Shown: piece by piece, positions 12,901 to 25,960 of the stretch
Numbering within the stretch: the stretch's first letter is position 1
How the letters are laid out: each line of letters starts with the position of its first letter
Assembly: GCF_000150275.1 (NCBI RefSeq)
Contig: NW_002060946.1
Location: 5,289,454 to 5,353,453, forward strand
Direction: 5' to 3'
Source of the DNA: Trichoplax adhaerens
Lineage: Eukaryota > Animalia > Placozoa
Length of the DNA: 64,000 bases
Program-made: the position numbers and the translations under genes
Notes under the pieces: generated by a model
What the model was told of the DNA's origin: nothing
What the model saw: the letters and a program-made list of their open reading frames with translations, nothing else
Database searches by the model: none

Positions 12901-15900
12901 AAAATAGAAAACAGCGTAGACATGTTGGAGGTAAATTAGTGACTAGTGCAGAGATAAATCGAAGTAGGCGCGCTTAAAGTGGGTAATCTAGGTTATGATT
13001 TAAAAACATTGAAACACTTTCCATCTACTAAGTTCAAGGGTCATTCATTGCTAATGATGAAAGTAACAAATAGCTTATAAGCAATCGTTAATTTGGCCTA
13101 GAGCTCGATTGAGATTTTCAGGTAAATATAAATACAAACGCATCTAGAACCAAAAATAGTACGGTATCAATGTTGACGGCATATCTTTTTCAAAGCGCTA
13201 TTTTTAAATTAAATTTCATAAGTAATCATTAACTCGACACTGAGTTCTATTGAGATATTTATGCTAATACAAAGATAAACGCATCTAGAACTATAAATAA
13301 TATTAATGGCGACGGTATATCTTTTTCAAAACTCTATTTAATGCTATAAGCAATCACTAACTTGACCTAAAGTTCCATCTAGATATTCATGCAAATATAA
13401 AGACGAACACGTCTAGAATTATAAGTAGTATTAATGACGACGATGTATCTTTTCAAAGTGCCACTTTAAATTATATTGCATTTTGCCATAAGATTACTCG
13501 CTTTCAGATAGGCCGCGCTAAGGATGGCTATCATAATTTATTACGGTACTAGTATTCAGAACGTGAATTCAATTGAAGGTAAGATATTGGAAGACTGAAT
13601 TGGAATGAACCACAAGAAAACAGGGACAGAAATAGCTACAACAATGTCTAAGCAAAGCTAACATATGAGCAGATAGAGCAGATGGTAGTGTTTGAGGTAA
13701 TACTAGCAGCGATCTTAGTTGCAAACTACCTATAATTCTAAAATAAAGCGAAAGATTGGTTAAGATTGATGCTTACCTCTGAAATGGAGTATTGAGTTTG
13801 ATACGGTATATAATTCAAAATAAATCCGCTAATAATGCCCCTTTTAACGTTTAGAACCCATTCTGGTTCATGTTTATTTGTGTAAATAGCAGTAATTTGA
13901 CCATGGATCCATTGAAAATAAGTGGGATAGGCGGCTAATCCTTTAGCAAATGCTTTCCCATCTTTCGATGGTCGATTGTCTTGATATAGTCGGATCGAAT
14001 TTAGCTACATGATCACAATATTAGGATGGAATTTATTTACGCGTAGATACTTAATCAAATAAGAAATCTTTTTAATTGCCTTTACATAATCTACTCATTT
14101 TATACATCTACCACATGCATGTATAAATTTATTAATTTGGATTGACTGAATACCGGTACCTTCAATTTGACGATATCATGTCGAAAGATTTCAAGATCGA
14201 CTTTAGAGATAAATCGAATTTCTGAAGTATATCGGTGGCCATGAGGATTTAAAACTGACTTGGAAACATAACCTTGATAGGAAAATTTATATCCCCAGCC
14301 AACTTTATACCCTGAAAGGACTGAGATTCCCATATCAGTAGCAATATTATTAAAAAAATAAATTTTACAGATAAAAGTTATCGATACTCCTTATTATACG
14401 TATTAGTTGACAAGCAGCGCTGTTGCATTAAATATAATTATACTTTCACTCCTATCATTACTATGTATCATTCCATATTATTTATGATGATCTATAATGC
14501 CGTTTGACACTTAATGTAAATACTTTTATATCTTTTACAAACTAGATGTAACATTGGTAGATATTCATACTGATTTATAGGATAAAAAAACGTCATTAAA
14601 TAGCGAGCGATGAAAAGGTGGCAATAAATAAGTAGCAACTACTCTATCTTCTGCATCAAGAATAAGAAGATAGCATAGACGAGATGCAGGTGAATAATTA
14701 CGCAAATAATGAGATAGCATCGTTGAAGAAGTACCAATTGCAGATGATGAGCAATCGCCTGAAATTAATCTTATTCCGGAAAATAAATAAATAGGATGTT
14801 GGTATTACTGATTAGATAATTAGGCTCATATTATTATTAAAGCTACCCAATACCAAGTAGTAACTCAAGTACAGTAATGTCCTTGTTATGTCGCAAGAAA
14901 ATGAAGCCTGAACACTTCTTGGTAAGAGGGGATAGAACGTGTATACTAGTGATTAATCATGGACGTTATAAAAGAAAATTCCTAAAGGTCCTAGGATTAA
15001 TCTCTGGCTATGCAGGCTATAATATTAGTGATCAAGCACAACGGTCAGCCTTATTATATGCAATAAGAGGACAGTATTTATGATCAAGTAGGAATAATAC
15101 GCTGAAATAAAACAAGTTTTAGCTAGAAATCGAAGAACAATCACGGATGTAAATTAGTAAAAGGTAGAATCGAAGCCATGCCAGATATGGAAGTACGGCT
15201 GCCTATTTTATGAATTAGTGAACCTAAGCTATACTTAATTTTGATTGCTGTATTTTAATTTCTCTATCTTACTTGTCTTACGAAAGAAGACTTTTATCAC
15301 TGTGATTCAAGGTTACAACTGATCTCAAGGTTTTAAAGTATACCTAACAGCAGAACGATTGAGGAAACTACTCAAAATCTTATAAAGTAGAGCATCATAT
15401 CTTCGATCTTGTAGTAGAAACACACTAAAGGCAAGCTAATATCTTTAACATGTATGCGTGAGAAGGAAAAGTGATCGCGAGAGATTCGCATATAATTCGC
15501 TGACTTGTAGTTGCATTACTATAGCTCGTAGATAAAGCAAAAATAATCAAATCTACTAAACAAAATGGACATTATAAAAAATTTCATATTACTTAAATAT
15601 TAATAAACACATCTAGTATACCTAAAAAGTTAGATCGGAAAAAAAATTCTATTAACTAATTTAAAGAAGAATAGACGAGCCTGCGATCAAAATAATAAGC
15701 GATACTTTGTATTTTTAATCCAGTAATTTAAATTTCACAAATTTCGAATATTATAATTAATTACTCATTTCAATTACTAAATAGCGTAGATAAGGATTTA
15801 CATTGGAGTAATAATGTAAAATTTACATCTTGTATTTATTTAACATTGATTAGAGGGCGAATTCTATTCATAAAGTTGACACACAGTAAGATCATATCTT

Positions 15901-16388
15901 AGATTTAACTTACGCTGATTTAGCTCCAATGATACAACTAGCCATGATATTCGTTTCAATATTCATAATCACAACAAGGAATAGGCAAAAATTGAAGATT
16001 TAAAAAATAAGTAGTAAAATAAATTTACATCCGAAGACAATAATCAATTCGACCTTTGCTATTCCACAACGATATTACTCTTAGCCTTATTATTAGATAT
16101 CAATGCAAGACGATATTCTATTTATTATTTTCAGTATTTTATATCATCGAGACTAATTTGTTAAGGACTTATTTCGGTATCTTATTTCGTCTGTTATCAG
16201 TAATAGCAATTTTATTTCTCATATTTATTAAATACACTATCGTAAAAATAGCCAAAATAATTGCCATGTTAAATACTAATTGACGAAACTGAATTAGCTA
16301 TTTATTACTGTTGCTAAGAATTACCTTGAACTGAACAAGCAGTTATATAAAAGGCGGTAGCAATCGCCAGTAGACTTTTGACTTGCAT
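711..16388 (-). CDS. Large lipid transfer protein (vitellogenin/apolipophorin-like): signal peptide, Vitellogenin_N, DUF1943-like region, TSP1 repeat, cystine-knot-like tail; ~1167 aa, 22 exons
   Basis: Hand-spliced, phase-consistent exons: 16325-16388, 14735-14758, 14160-14311, 13777-14004, 10881-11027, 10634-10788, 9938-10005, 8394-8473, 8110-8273, 7835-8003, 7151-7252, 6027-6254, 5699-5916, 4969-5060, 4701-4825, 4414-4539, 3914-4230, 2866-3063, 2664-2757, 2123-2507, 1769-1921, 711-925 (3504 nt, open frame). Signal peptide MQVKSLLAIATAFYITACSVQG with caccATG context. LLTP hallmark motifs: WVLNVKRGIISG, E-SDIDGTCLTNY, TKFRDVTNC, GLKAIANAG, ELRIAAF, ESNSYVGSFLHSYL, NGFEFGVR, TGLGFPL. The 24-nt exon 2 is the least certain. 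Confidence 0.9.
1769..1921 (-). other. Thrombospondin type-1 repeat exon of the LLTP gene (153 nt, phase 1-1)
   Basis: cag|...|gtaag boundaries. Translates to GCFARNWTDWTNCSTSRPCSRGVRSRFQTISCNNNIASCQPRVEEMSCMNC, matching the TSP1 pattern WxxWxxCS..C..GxRxR. Confidence 0.85.
12233..12439. repeat. Tandem duplication, 2 x ~103 bp, intronic
   Basis: aaagtca(a/g)gtagattaga...gttgtaagcattaacttaca(c/t)taatat occurs twice head-to-tail with few substitutions. Confidence 0.9.
13075..13470. repeat. Degenerate tandem repeat, ~3 x 128-140 bp, intronic
   Basis: Recurring aaacgcatctagaa...gacgg(c/t)atatcttttt caaa near 13137, 13277 and 13405. Confidence 0.8.
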
Positions 16389-19300
16389 GGTGAATTTTCC
16401 TAGACCTGCTTAGCTTTTAGTTAATCATCTTGCGATTGTTTTTTGCTATCACCCAAAACTAACAGTCAATTATTGAAACTGCTAATCGTAAGAGCCTAAA
16501 CAGATTAATATACCAAATTTGGTTTTATTTATTCAGATCATGCGCAAAAATGTTATTATTTTAGTGCCGACTGTTTCCGAACGTTTTATTTGCAGTCCTA
16601 GTTTTCGTAGCTTCAGTAATTTATTTATTTTTATATTACTTCGTAGCCAACCTGGAGATTGCACTGGAATCCATAGTTTATTTTAACCCTATTGTGTTGA
16701 AATCAGCTAATTTTTATAACTAAAGAAAATTTATGATGAATTTAAGATATTCTGCAAATCGACTACGTAAATAAATAGATTCTGACCATGTTCATGACAC
16801 GCTTCTACCACTGAACTAGTGGCTGGGTATAATTATTTCTAAAATTTCCCCGAATATATGTAGTGCACTGTACGTATGTTTAGCCATGCCTTTCATACTG
16901 GAGCCTGTTTAGACTAGCATTAATAAAATAGATCGCATACTGTGTACTAAGATTGATGGGATGAGATGAATCATCAAATTGTGAGAGATTATTTATTCAG
17001 AAGTTATTCCTAGAGGTATAGGACGAAAAATTTGACATATTAAACTTCCAAGCGAAATCAAGGCCTAATAAATAACAATATTATAAAGCTCAATACTAAG
17101 GAAATGATTGTTCATATTTAAACAGAGTTGAATAGCTTTGCATAGTAAGATATAATGAATTACATCCAAATGATCCCGTTCTATTTTAAGAAAATGATGA
17201 TATTTAGCTCAGTTCCCATGAATGATTATCAATACAATTTTCAATCACAAAGACGTTAAATAACTATCTCTGAGTAAGATGTGTTATATTATATTGGAAT
17301 AAATAAGAAAACTGATGTCAATTCGCCATCGTGGTAAGTAGCCCTTCAATAACCTGAATAGGTTGTTGATTGGCTAATTAATAGGTCTAGACTTAATGTT
17401 AGGTTAGATCAGCTAATATAAAATATTATTATGAACAAATATACTTTACTATTAAATTGATTCCATGACTCATACCTTAGACTACAATGTTATTTTTCAA
17501 GTATATCAAATTAAGGAGACATAAATCGATGTTACATGAGGGCTAGAGTCCCATTGATATCCAATTTCTTCACAGTCTGCTACTAGAAATAGTGTTTTAA
17601 GATTAATATTTTGAAAGAAAACTAAGGTAAGTCACGGGTGAATAATAAAGGGTCAAATCAGCATATCCAAACAAGAGAGCTCAAATAAGTACGGTACATC
17701 ACATTAAAGGTTGAAATTAATTTCACCTATTCCAATACATCTATACGATAGCACAGTGGGAAAGCCAAGTAACAAATTTGTTAATTGCTTAGCACGTGAC
17801 TATCACAAGTGGAAATATTGGCATAAATTATTGTTGGAGATAGATTAAATGGATTATTAAATGGATAAATGTGTAAGTATCAAGCATCCACAACATCTTG
17901 TACCAATTTTTAAATAATTATGGGTACTTTATAGACAAAAATAAAATAAGCTTGGCCTTAATATGTAAAGATAAAGTCTTGAGATTCTTCCTGCATTTCA
18001 ATAAAATTCAAGTACATCTTGTAAATTAAACAGGAACTGTACCAATTTAAAGCAATAGACGAGGTATCGTATTTCATACACTTAATAAATTGTTGCTATA
18101 TTTAATTTTCGGAGGATAGGATGTTAGAAAAACCTTCGTACCGTTTCTGTCGAGTTCGAACTTAGCCATTGATCAAGTTAATTTTTCTGATTTGTATGTA
18201 AAAAGTCATGGCATTTAACTGCCTGCAATCTTCTGCAGATCAAATCCTGGATGTTAATAGTGTTGGGAGATTTCTTCTTCAGATGTGAGTATGCTAATAT
18301 TAGGCATTGATACAATAGTAATTGCTGATGGATATTGGATATTATTTAAAGATGCTGGATATGATTTCGAAACATTATTTTAGAGTTTAACAGGTCTATC
18401 AAATGGTAATACTATCTGTTAAATGAGCACATTATCGTAAACCGTCAGTAAAGCGACGGGAGTTTGCACTAGTTTAATATAAATAGTATGAAATACTATC
18501 CTTTGCATTTCATTAATTATTATATATAGAACTCGTCCGATCTAAAGTTGTACAGTAAATTTACACCATTTCGATAACTACGCCAAAATACGATATTGTT
18601 ATGGCTTAGTTGTCTAGTTTTTTAGACCGTAGAGTTACATTTTTCCTAATATATTTAGATGCTAGTTAACAGGGGCTGAGTTACAAGCCAATTGACCATA
18701 ACTTTGTATTCAATTTTTCAACCGCAACTTGACTACGACATTACTTATAGTTGCTACATCTTGAGAGTCTCGACAAAAACCATTCATTTTATTCGATTTC
18801 TTCTTCTATAATTTAACGCTCAAATGATTTCTATCTTTATTCTTCCGCACTTAGAGGTATCATATTTAATATTTTATTTTTTAATTGTTAAAATTATATT
18901 TTAAACCTAAGACAATTATGCTTACATTGTTTAGTAAAAAAGCGTGCGTATTTCATAATTTTTGTAGTCAATCTTCTGAGGTTTTTTTTTGTTATATGAG
19001 TTAGGCAGCATATGTAAGTTTCGAACAGTATCATAGATTATGAATTGATTTAATACTCTATGATGAACACAATTACGGGTAGTATAACACATCCTTGCCT
19101 ACGTGATATCAATCACAAATCTACCAGAAATTTTCTCATTTAAAAAATGTCAGTTATGCTGGACTTCCAATTTGAAGCACTCTTGTTTCATCGCTTGCTA
19201 GTGCTTAAGCGTTACAGATCAGCAAATGATATGATAACTTGCATTTTAATTTTGAGATTGTATTCTTCGCAGATTATTGATCAGTTAATAGATTTACAGC

Positions 19301-22300
19301 ATTTGCTGTAGCATATATCTTGTATCGCAGATTGAACGCTGATACAGTATTCTCGTTATATAATCCATTGGAAATATTTGAAACATTTCCATATTGCGCT
19401 TTTGCAATAGTGCTAAGTAGAATTTATTAATTAACTGATATGTGCATGATAGATGCAATTCCATTTTGCAGATTTTAAACCAAATCGTTCTCAAATCTCA
19501 AATTAAAAAGCATAAAAATTAATGAAATCATTATTTTATTGTCGTGTTTTTCCTTGATTTTAATCTATAATGATTCTAATAATTATTGACAACGGATATA
19601 TTCATATTGTCTATAGTATGCTATTGCAAATATAGTAGATTGTAGATTGAGATGTATTTTCAAGACTATTGAAAAATTATAAAAAATGAGCAGCAATTTC
19701 AATACGTTATCTAGATGATTATGATTACTGCTAACTATTAATCAGATAATAGTTATACAATCTGTATTATATAATATAGATTGTAATTGATATGCTGTTA
19801 TCGCTGGTTTGGAAGGATAGGAAATGTTAAATTAATTATTTCGACGTAAACTCTATAACTGATTACCATCAATACTGATAACATTGGCTAGTAAATGTAC
19901 AGTACGTATATATTCTCTACTATACCAGCATTACACGCGAATCTATAAATTGGATATTGATATATGGTGGAATATTTTCAGAATATTATAAAAAGAATTG
20001 CTATATCTTGTAATGGCTCACTTCATACTCTAGACTTGACTCATCTAACAATATTAAGGACTAACTACCTGCCGTTTATTATATCTTGTTCATTAAGTCT
20101 CAAGATCTAGCTAAATTCAATATCGCATGATTTATCATGAACCATCGCTTCTAGTTCAAGCGTCATAGTAAATTCTTCATAAGTACTCAGTAAACTAGGA
20201 AAATATATTGTAATTTTACGAAGCAAATTCGAGCCTCAGAGATCTGGCTGATCGCGATGCTGATATAGACATCATTTGTGCCATATATTTCACATAAAAT
20301 TCTTTTCTTATATCATGCTGTTCAAAGTATTCGATTTTTTACCCACAGTACTGGTAATCAGTCATACTGCCTACCACGCTAATTGTACATGATAATCGTG
20401 CCTGGGTGTAACTTACCCCTCTGAGTGTCATCTATGTACTGCGAAATAAGAATTAATGTCATGTTATTACTGAGCTAATTTTACTACATATATAAGCTCG
20501 GGAACGGCATTGCTTTCATTGGTAGAGGACTAAGTTCAGAATTATCTACAGCATTTAATTAAGTTAATCCAAAAAATCTCAGCGTATTACAGTTCTACGA
20601 TAGCAAGATTAAGAATCAAAAATTTTTGGTGTCTAACATTGGATTTATTACAATTTTGGATACCTAACATTATTGGCTTACCGAGGTAAGGCAAATATTG
20701 CTAGATACTAAAGATTCTATCGTAACGAATATGAGAGTAATTATTTGAGTGCTACATTCGCAATGGATTACCATTGGCTTGATCTGTTCAGTTATTCATA
20801 ATTATGTGGTATATACTGCTAGTTGCCGATTATACAATAGATTAATGTACTATCCTTGCAATGTTCTCAATATCAATGATAAATGAATAGCATTTGTAAT
20901 GAAAGTATCTCACAACTATTTCATTCATCTAGTCTAGACCAAATTCTCTCAAAATCATTGCGTTAGTCAGATAGAAATTAAATAAAGGATTTCATTATAG
21001 ATTTGAATATTGTAGAGCAATAATTATAAGAGCAGGAATCTAATCTGAAGTATTCTGAGCTCAAAAGAGGTGAGGTCTAATCTAAGCTTATTTCTGTAGT
21101 TTTTAAATACATTGCGTTTAAACTGTTTTGCGGCAACAAGGAAAACTACTCCTCAAAGGCATCATCAATCCATTTTACCGTCCTAATCGACCCGTTTAAA
21201 ATATTATTACTCTGCTATAAATGTTCAACACCGTTAGGTGCTGGACATCTTCACAATTACAGTATGATTATATCGGGCCACATAAATCTTGTACCATATT
21301 TAACTAACTGGCTAATATTAGTAATCAATAATCTCTAATATACGTGTACGCAGTCATTAGCCATCATCTAATACAGTATCAGCGTCACGATAATATCTAT
21401 TCTTGGAAACTAAATATATTAAATATAGCTATTAATACAATCCAAATATGGGGGCATCACTGCGGTACTATAGTGAAGTAATTATTTCAATACTATAAGC
21501 CTTAGTAGATAACCAGCATAATTTAGTTGGTCAATGGACATACAACATCAGATATATCTTATACCTGTGGATGCGCATTTATGATAGACACAACTGATAA
21601 CAAATTTGCATATGTTGCTTTTTCACTAAAATTATCATATGAACCAAATTTTATTTTTATAAGAAAGTGTTAATAAAAACTGAAGTTAATTGAGCACATC
21701 ATGCACTATAAAAAAAATATGTCACAAATTCTTTTCTAGTATGCTGATAGGTTACTTATTGTTAGCAATTTTATTCTGCAGTCAGAAGTAGATGAAAGAG
21801 TAGACAACGAGATGTTGTCATTTTTTTGTTATTTTGATACATCATCATGATTTCAGACTTATCCAGTGATCAATTAGCGACTAATACGAATATCAAGATA
21901 TCGCAAATATTATTGCAAGATCACGTGATTTCTAATTTGTTATTATAGATCAGCTACAGAATAATCGTAATTTAGTTAAAATTTCCTGTAACCCTTTAGG
22001 TAGATTGTTGTGAGCGATGCAGACGTCATCGATTTTGTTATATTTTATTTATTAAATGATCAAAATAAGCCTTAAATAAGACTAATAATTATACTATTAC
22101 CGTATCACGAGTACATAGGTATGCAAACCAAGGGTAAAAGTTCAATTAGTTACATATTCTAGTTTAAATATCCGCGTGAACAGTTGGGAACCTTTAGTTT
22201 ACTTAGTGATCCCATAGGCAAGCCTAATATCAGTTGATATTATGGACTTTCTATATGTAAGTAGTAATCTAGTTAAAAATAGCTTAAGCTATAAAAATCA

Positions 22301-24589
22301 TTCCTAGAGATAAACAGACAAACGCATTTCGATTATGACATCAATTTGTTTATTATTCTTAACTGAAATGCTTTTATTTCATCGTCAACAAGCTATTCAA
22401 AGTTTAACAAATACGTTTGATTTTACCTGACATGATAGACACAGCTAAACTATGCGCATACATAAATATCCAAGGAAAGTCATGAAATAGAAGCCGATCC
22501 TGCTATACTTGACCGTAAATAAGTAATTAGCCAAAAATCTGCCTTTAATAAGAGAAAATCTTAACTTCAGCACTTGCGCAGCGTTGTAATCGAACAGATA
22601 ATAGGTATCATAGGCCACGGCCACATCTAGAACGACAATAAACTCTTACAACTACTTATTACCGAATATCATATCCTTACCGGTGCACTAATCAGGATTG
22701 ATCTCTATTTTTACTTTCAATATTTTGAATCTAGCTTAACTCACTATCTATGAATCAAGATACGGCTAAAATCTACTTTATCAAGACAAAGTTATGAAAT
22801 GTATAGCAGCATTTCAAGTTAAAATTCTATTTGTGCTTTAAACTTAAAAATAACGATATAAAGAAAACAAAAACAGCTCTCATTTCATTACCAAATACGT
22901 GGGATTTTACTCATTCCATTAATATTGAAGTTGTTATTCTACATTAACCGGAAAATATGAAACAGCCAGTAGATGTATTCTCATGCAAAGCCAATCTTCA
23001 ACACAAAAATATTCAATATTATTTTCATTTAATCGTGATCTTAGTTGTTAGTTGATAAAGCTTATACTATCTTGGCCTTGAGATTCCAAGTACATCAATT
23101 GTAAATATCAGTAATCTTCAATATTAAGGATTACTTAATTTATCATGAATATGATTGTGATGAATTCTTAATACACTGATGAATATAAAGGTAATAAATT
23201 CTCGGATTTTTGAGAGAAAGCATTGCTACCAATCGTTATTCATGAAGGCCAAAATCATCGCGCTCTTAAAATCGCTCCAACATACCATTTATTTGCCATC
23301 ATTCATGTGAAACTGCCACCGAAAACTTGTCGAAATTATTGATTCTACAAGACAGCATCGAAACATAATCCTCATTCATGGTGCGTACATTGAATTTCAT
23401 TTATTCTATCGTGAAAAAGCATTTATTTTGTAATATTTTGTTGCAATTATAAAGAACTTAAATATCACTTTTAGCCAAGAAAACGCATTTTAAATCAATG
23501 TAGTTCATGAAACAGTCGATTTTGCTCGTATTTAAGTTAGTTTCATGACTTCCTCTGATGCTACCCAAGAATAGCGATAAAAAATGAACTACGGTATTTT
23601 CAAATTGCCGAAGATTTTGTATAAACCATGGTATTATGTTCAGACTGACTTTAAACATCGAAATTTTGTCCTATATTGTATATCTGTATTCTAAGCACAG
23701 AATAATTGCAAACTATTTTCAATATACGCGCATCGATCATAGCTCCATCCATCCTATTAACCTGTTATTCTAATTTCACCGATACAGTCTTACTAAAAGT
23801 AATAATAAATTCCATTAATTGCTTAAGGCAAGTATATTGCAGTTTTCGATCAATTTATGTTCCACTCAACCGCGCTTAAGTAGTGTAGATAGACGATTAT
23901 CATTTCTATAGAAGGCAATTAGGCTTCCATCATTATCTGGCCCTATCGGTCTAATTTTTAATCTATTTCGATTCTAGGTATTTTTAAAGAGTGTATTTTT
24001 AAGCCCTATAATTTTTTGATGAAAGCCATGAGATGAAATCATTTGAATATTTTTCTATCATCTTAAACATTTCGGTTCGCCTTCTAGCCTAAGTTTAGTC
24101 ATAAAAGTGAATATTTAAATTACCTTTCTAGGTCTCAACCTTTCAACATTGCACCGAATAGCCTAAAGTAGATGACAATTTAAATTATATTATTGCTTGA
24201 TCAACTTGTCTACTTTACTGAGAGTATCTTTTCACTTACTGCCTTATTAGTTATAACCAGACCTATTCTACAAAATACTATGTAGCCTACGCGTCGACAG
24301 AAGAATTATTCTTTCATTTTAAATATTACCTATATTAGTCAATTATAGTTCGAAATTGCGGACAGGAGAAATTACAATGCCTTGCCCTAAAAGTTTTTAT
24401 AATAGGCAATTAAAAGACTATCCAAAAAACTTTATTAAAGCTTCGTCATTTTCTGTACTCGATTTTAAATTCGTTTTGACCCATACTCCATTCTCAAATT
24501 ATTTATAAACTCATGATGCAAGTCTATCCTTCGAGAACGGTTACTGAAACGTGGGCTCTGCAACTTCTTCATTTTATCAGTGATGCTAT

Positions 24590-25960
24590 AGTTAATTTAT
24601 AAACTAATGTTCCTACATCAAACAAGCATTGAATAGCAGCAATAGTGATCTATTGATCGGTTCTAAAATTTCCTCTGCTATCGGCATTGCTATGACTAAA
24701 TTAAGGAGATCGGTAATATCTAATCCATTTTAAAATGTCTTCAACGTGTTTAATCCCTGAAATAAGTACCCGAGTATTATCAATTCTGGAATGTTCTCAT
24801 GCTGTTAGCAATACTATAACTAATTTAAGGAAAATAAAAAATATCTAATCCATTTTATAAAGTTTGTATTACGTTTAAGTTAGCAAAAAATAGTGGTGCA
24901 TTATTATTTATACTATTCGCATGATATCAGTACTGCTGTGGTAAATACTGTATATGAAGAATAGAAGTATTTGATCCATCTTAAAATGTCTTGAATGCGT
25001 TTAATACCGTCAATAAAGAATGGTACCTTAAATTTAGAACTTCCTCATGCTGTTGGTATTGCTAAGGATAATTTATTGAGAATAGAAATATCTAATCGAT
25101 CTGAAATGCTCCGTGCGGTAATAAGAGGCGATAAATTATAAATTTTAGAACTTTCTAGTTCCACTAATATCATTATCACTAATTAATGAAGAATAGAAAT
25201 ATCTAGTCCATCTGAAAATGTTCTGTGTTGTAATAAAAACCAGTACATTATAAATTTTAGAACTTTCTGAATTTATCATTATTGCTATCACTAATTGATA
25301 GAAAACAGAAATATCCAATCCATTCTAAAACGTCCTAAGCGAGATAAATATCGGCAATAAATGGTGGAACATTTACTAATTCTAAAACTTTTTCATGCTA
25401 GAAGTATTACTATGGTCAATTTATTGACAATAGAAATATCTAACCCATTTGAAAATGATCTGTGCAGTAATAAAATTGGTACATTACAATTTTTAGAACT
25501 TTCTGAGGCGGTCGCTGTTGCTATCATAGATTGATGGAGCATAAAAATATCTAATCCATCCTACAGCATCTTATTAAACGAGATTATTATCGGTAATAAA
25601 GGGTGGGTATTCGCTAATTTTAGAACTTTTCTAGCTGTAAGCTTTGCTATACGTAATTTACGGAGAACAGAAATATCTAATTCACTTTGAAATTTTTTAA
25701 GCCAGTTTAATCCTGGCTATAAATAATAGCTAATTGCTAATTCTACAACTCTCTTCTACTATCAGTATTACTCTAAATTGCTTCAGGAAAACAGATAAAT
25801 CTAATCTGTTTTAAAACGTTTATACTACTTCAATGCCGGCAATAATTAGTTCTGAATAAGCAATCTAAAAGTTTCTTGTACTGTCAGCATTACTATAATT
25901 AATTTATGAAGAATAGTAATATCTAAATAATCAATTCTAAGAAATTTTTCACACTTTCAA
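24590..25960. repeat. Degenerate tandem array, ~11 units of 111-125 bp
   Basis: Anchor aatatctaatccat near 24715, 24840, 24965, 25087, 25198, 25310, 25435, 25547, 25672, 25797 and 25918. A second anchor, ttagaactttct, lies between them. Confidence 0.85.

Noticed and set aside
15913-16000. Alternative first exon of the LLTP (donor gc|gtaagt)
   Set aside because: It gives the wrong phase for direct joining and has a stop before its hydrophobic stretch. Exon 16325-16388 gives a clean signal peptide.
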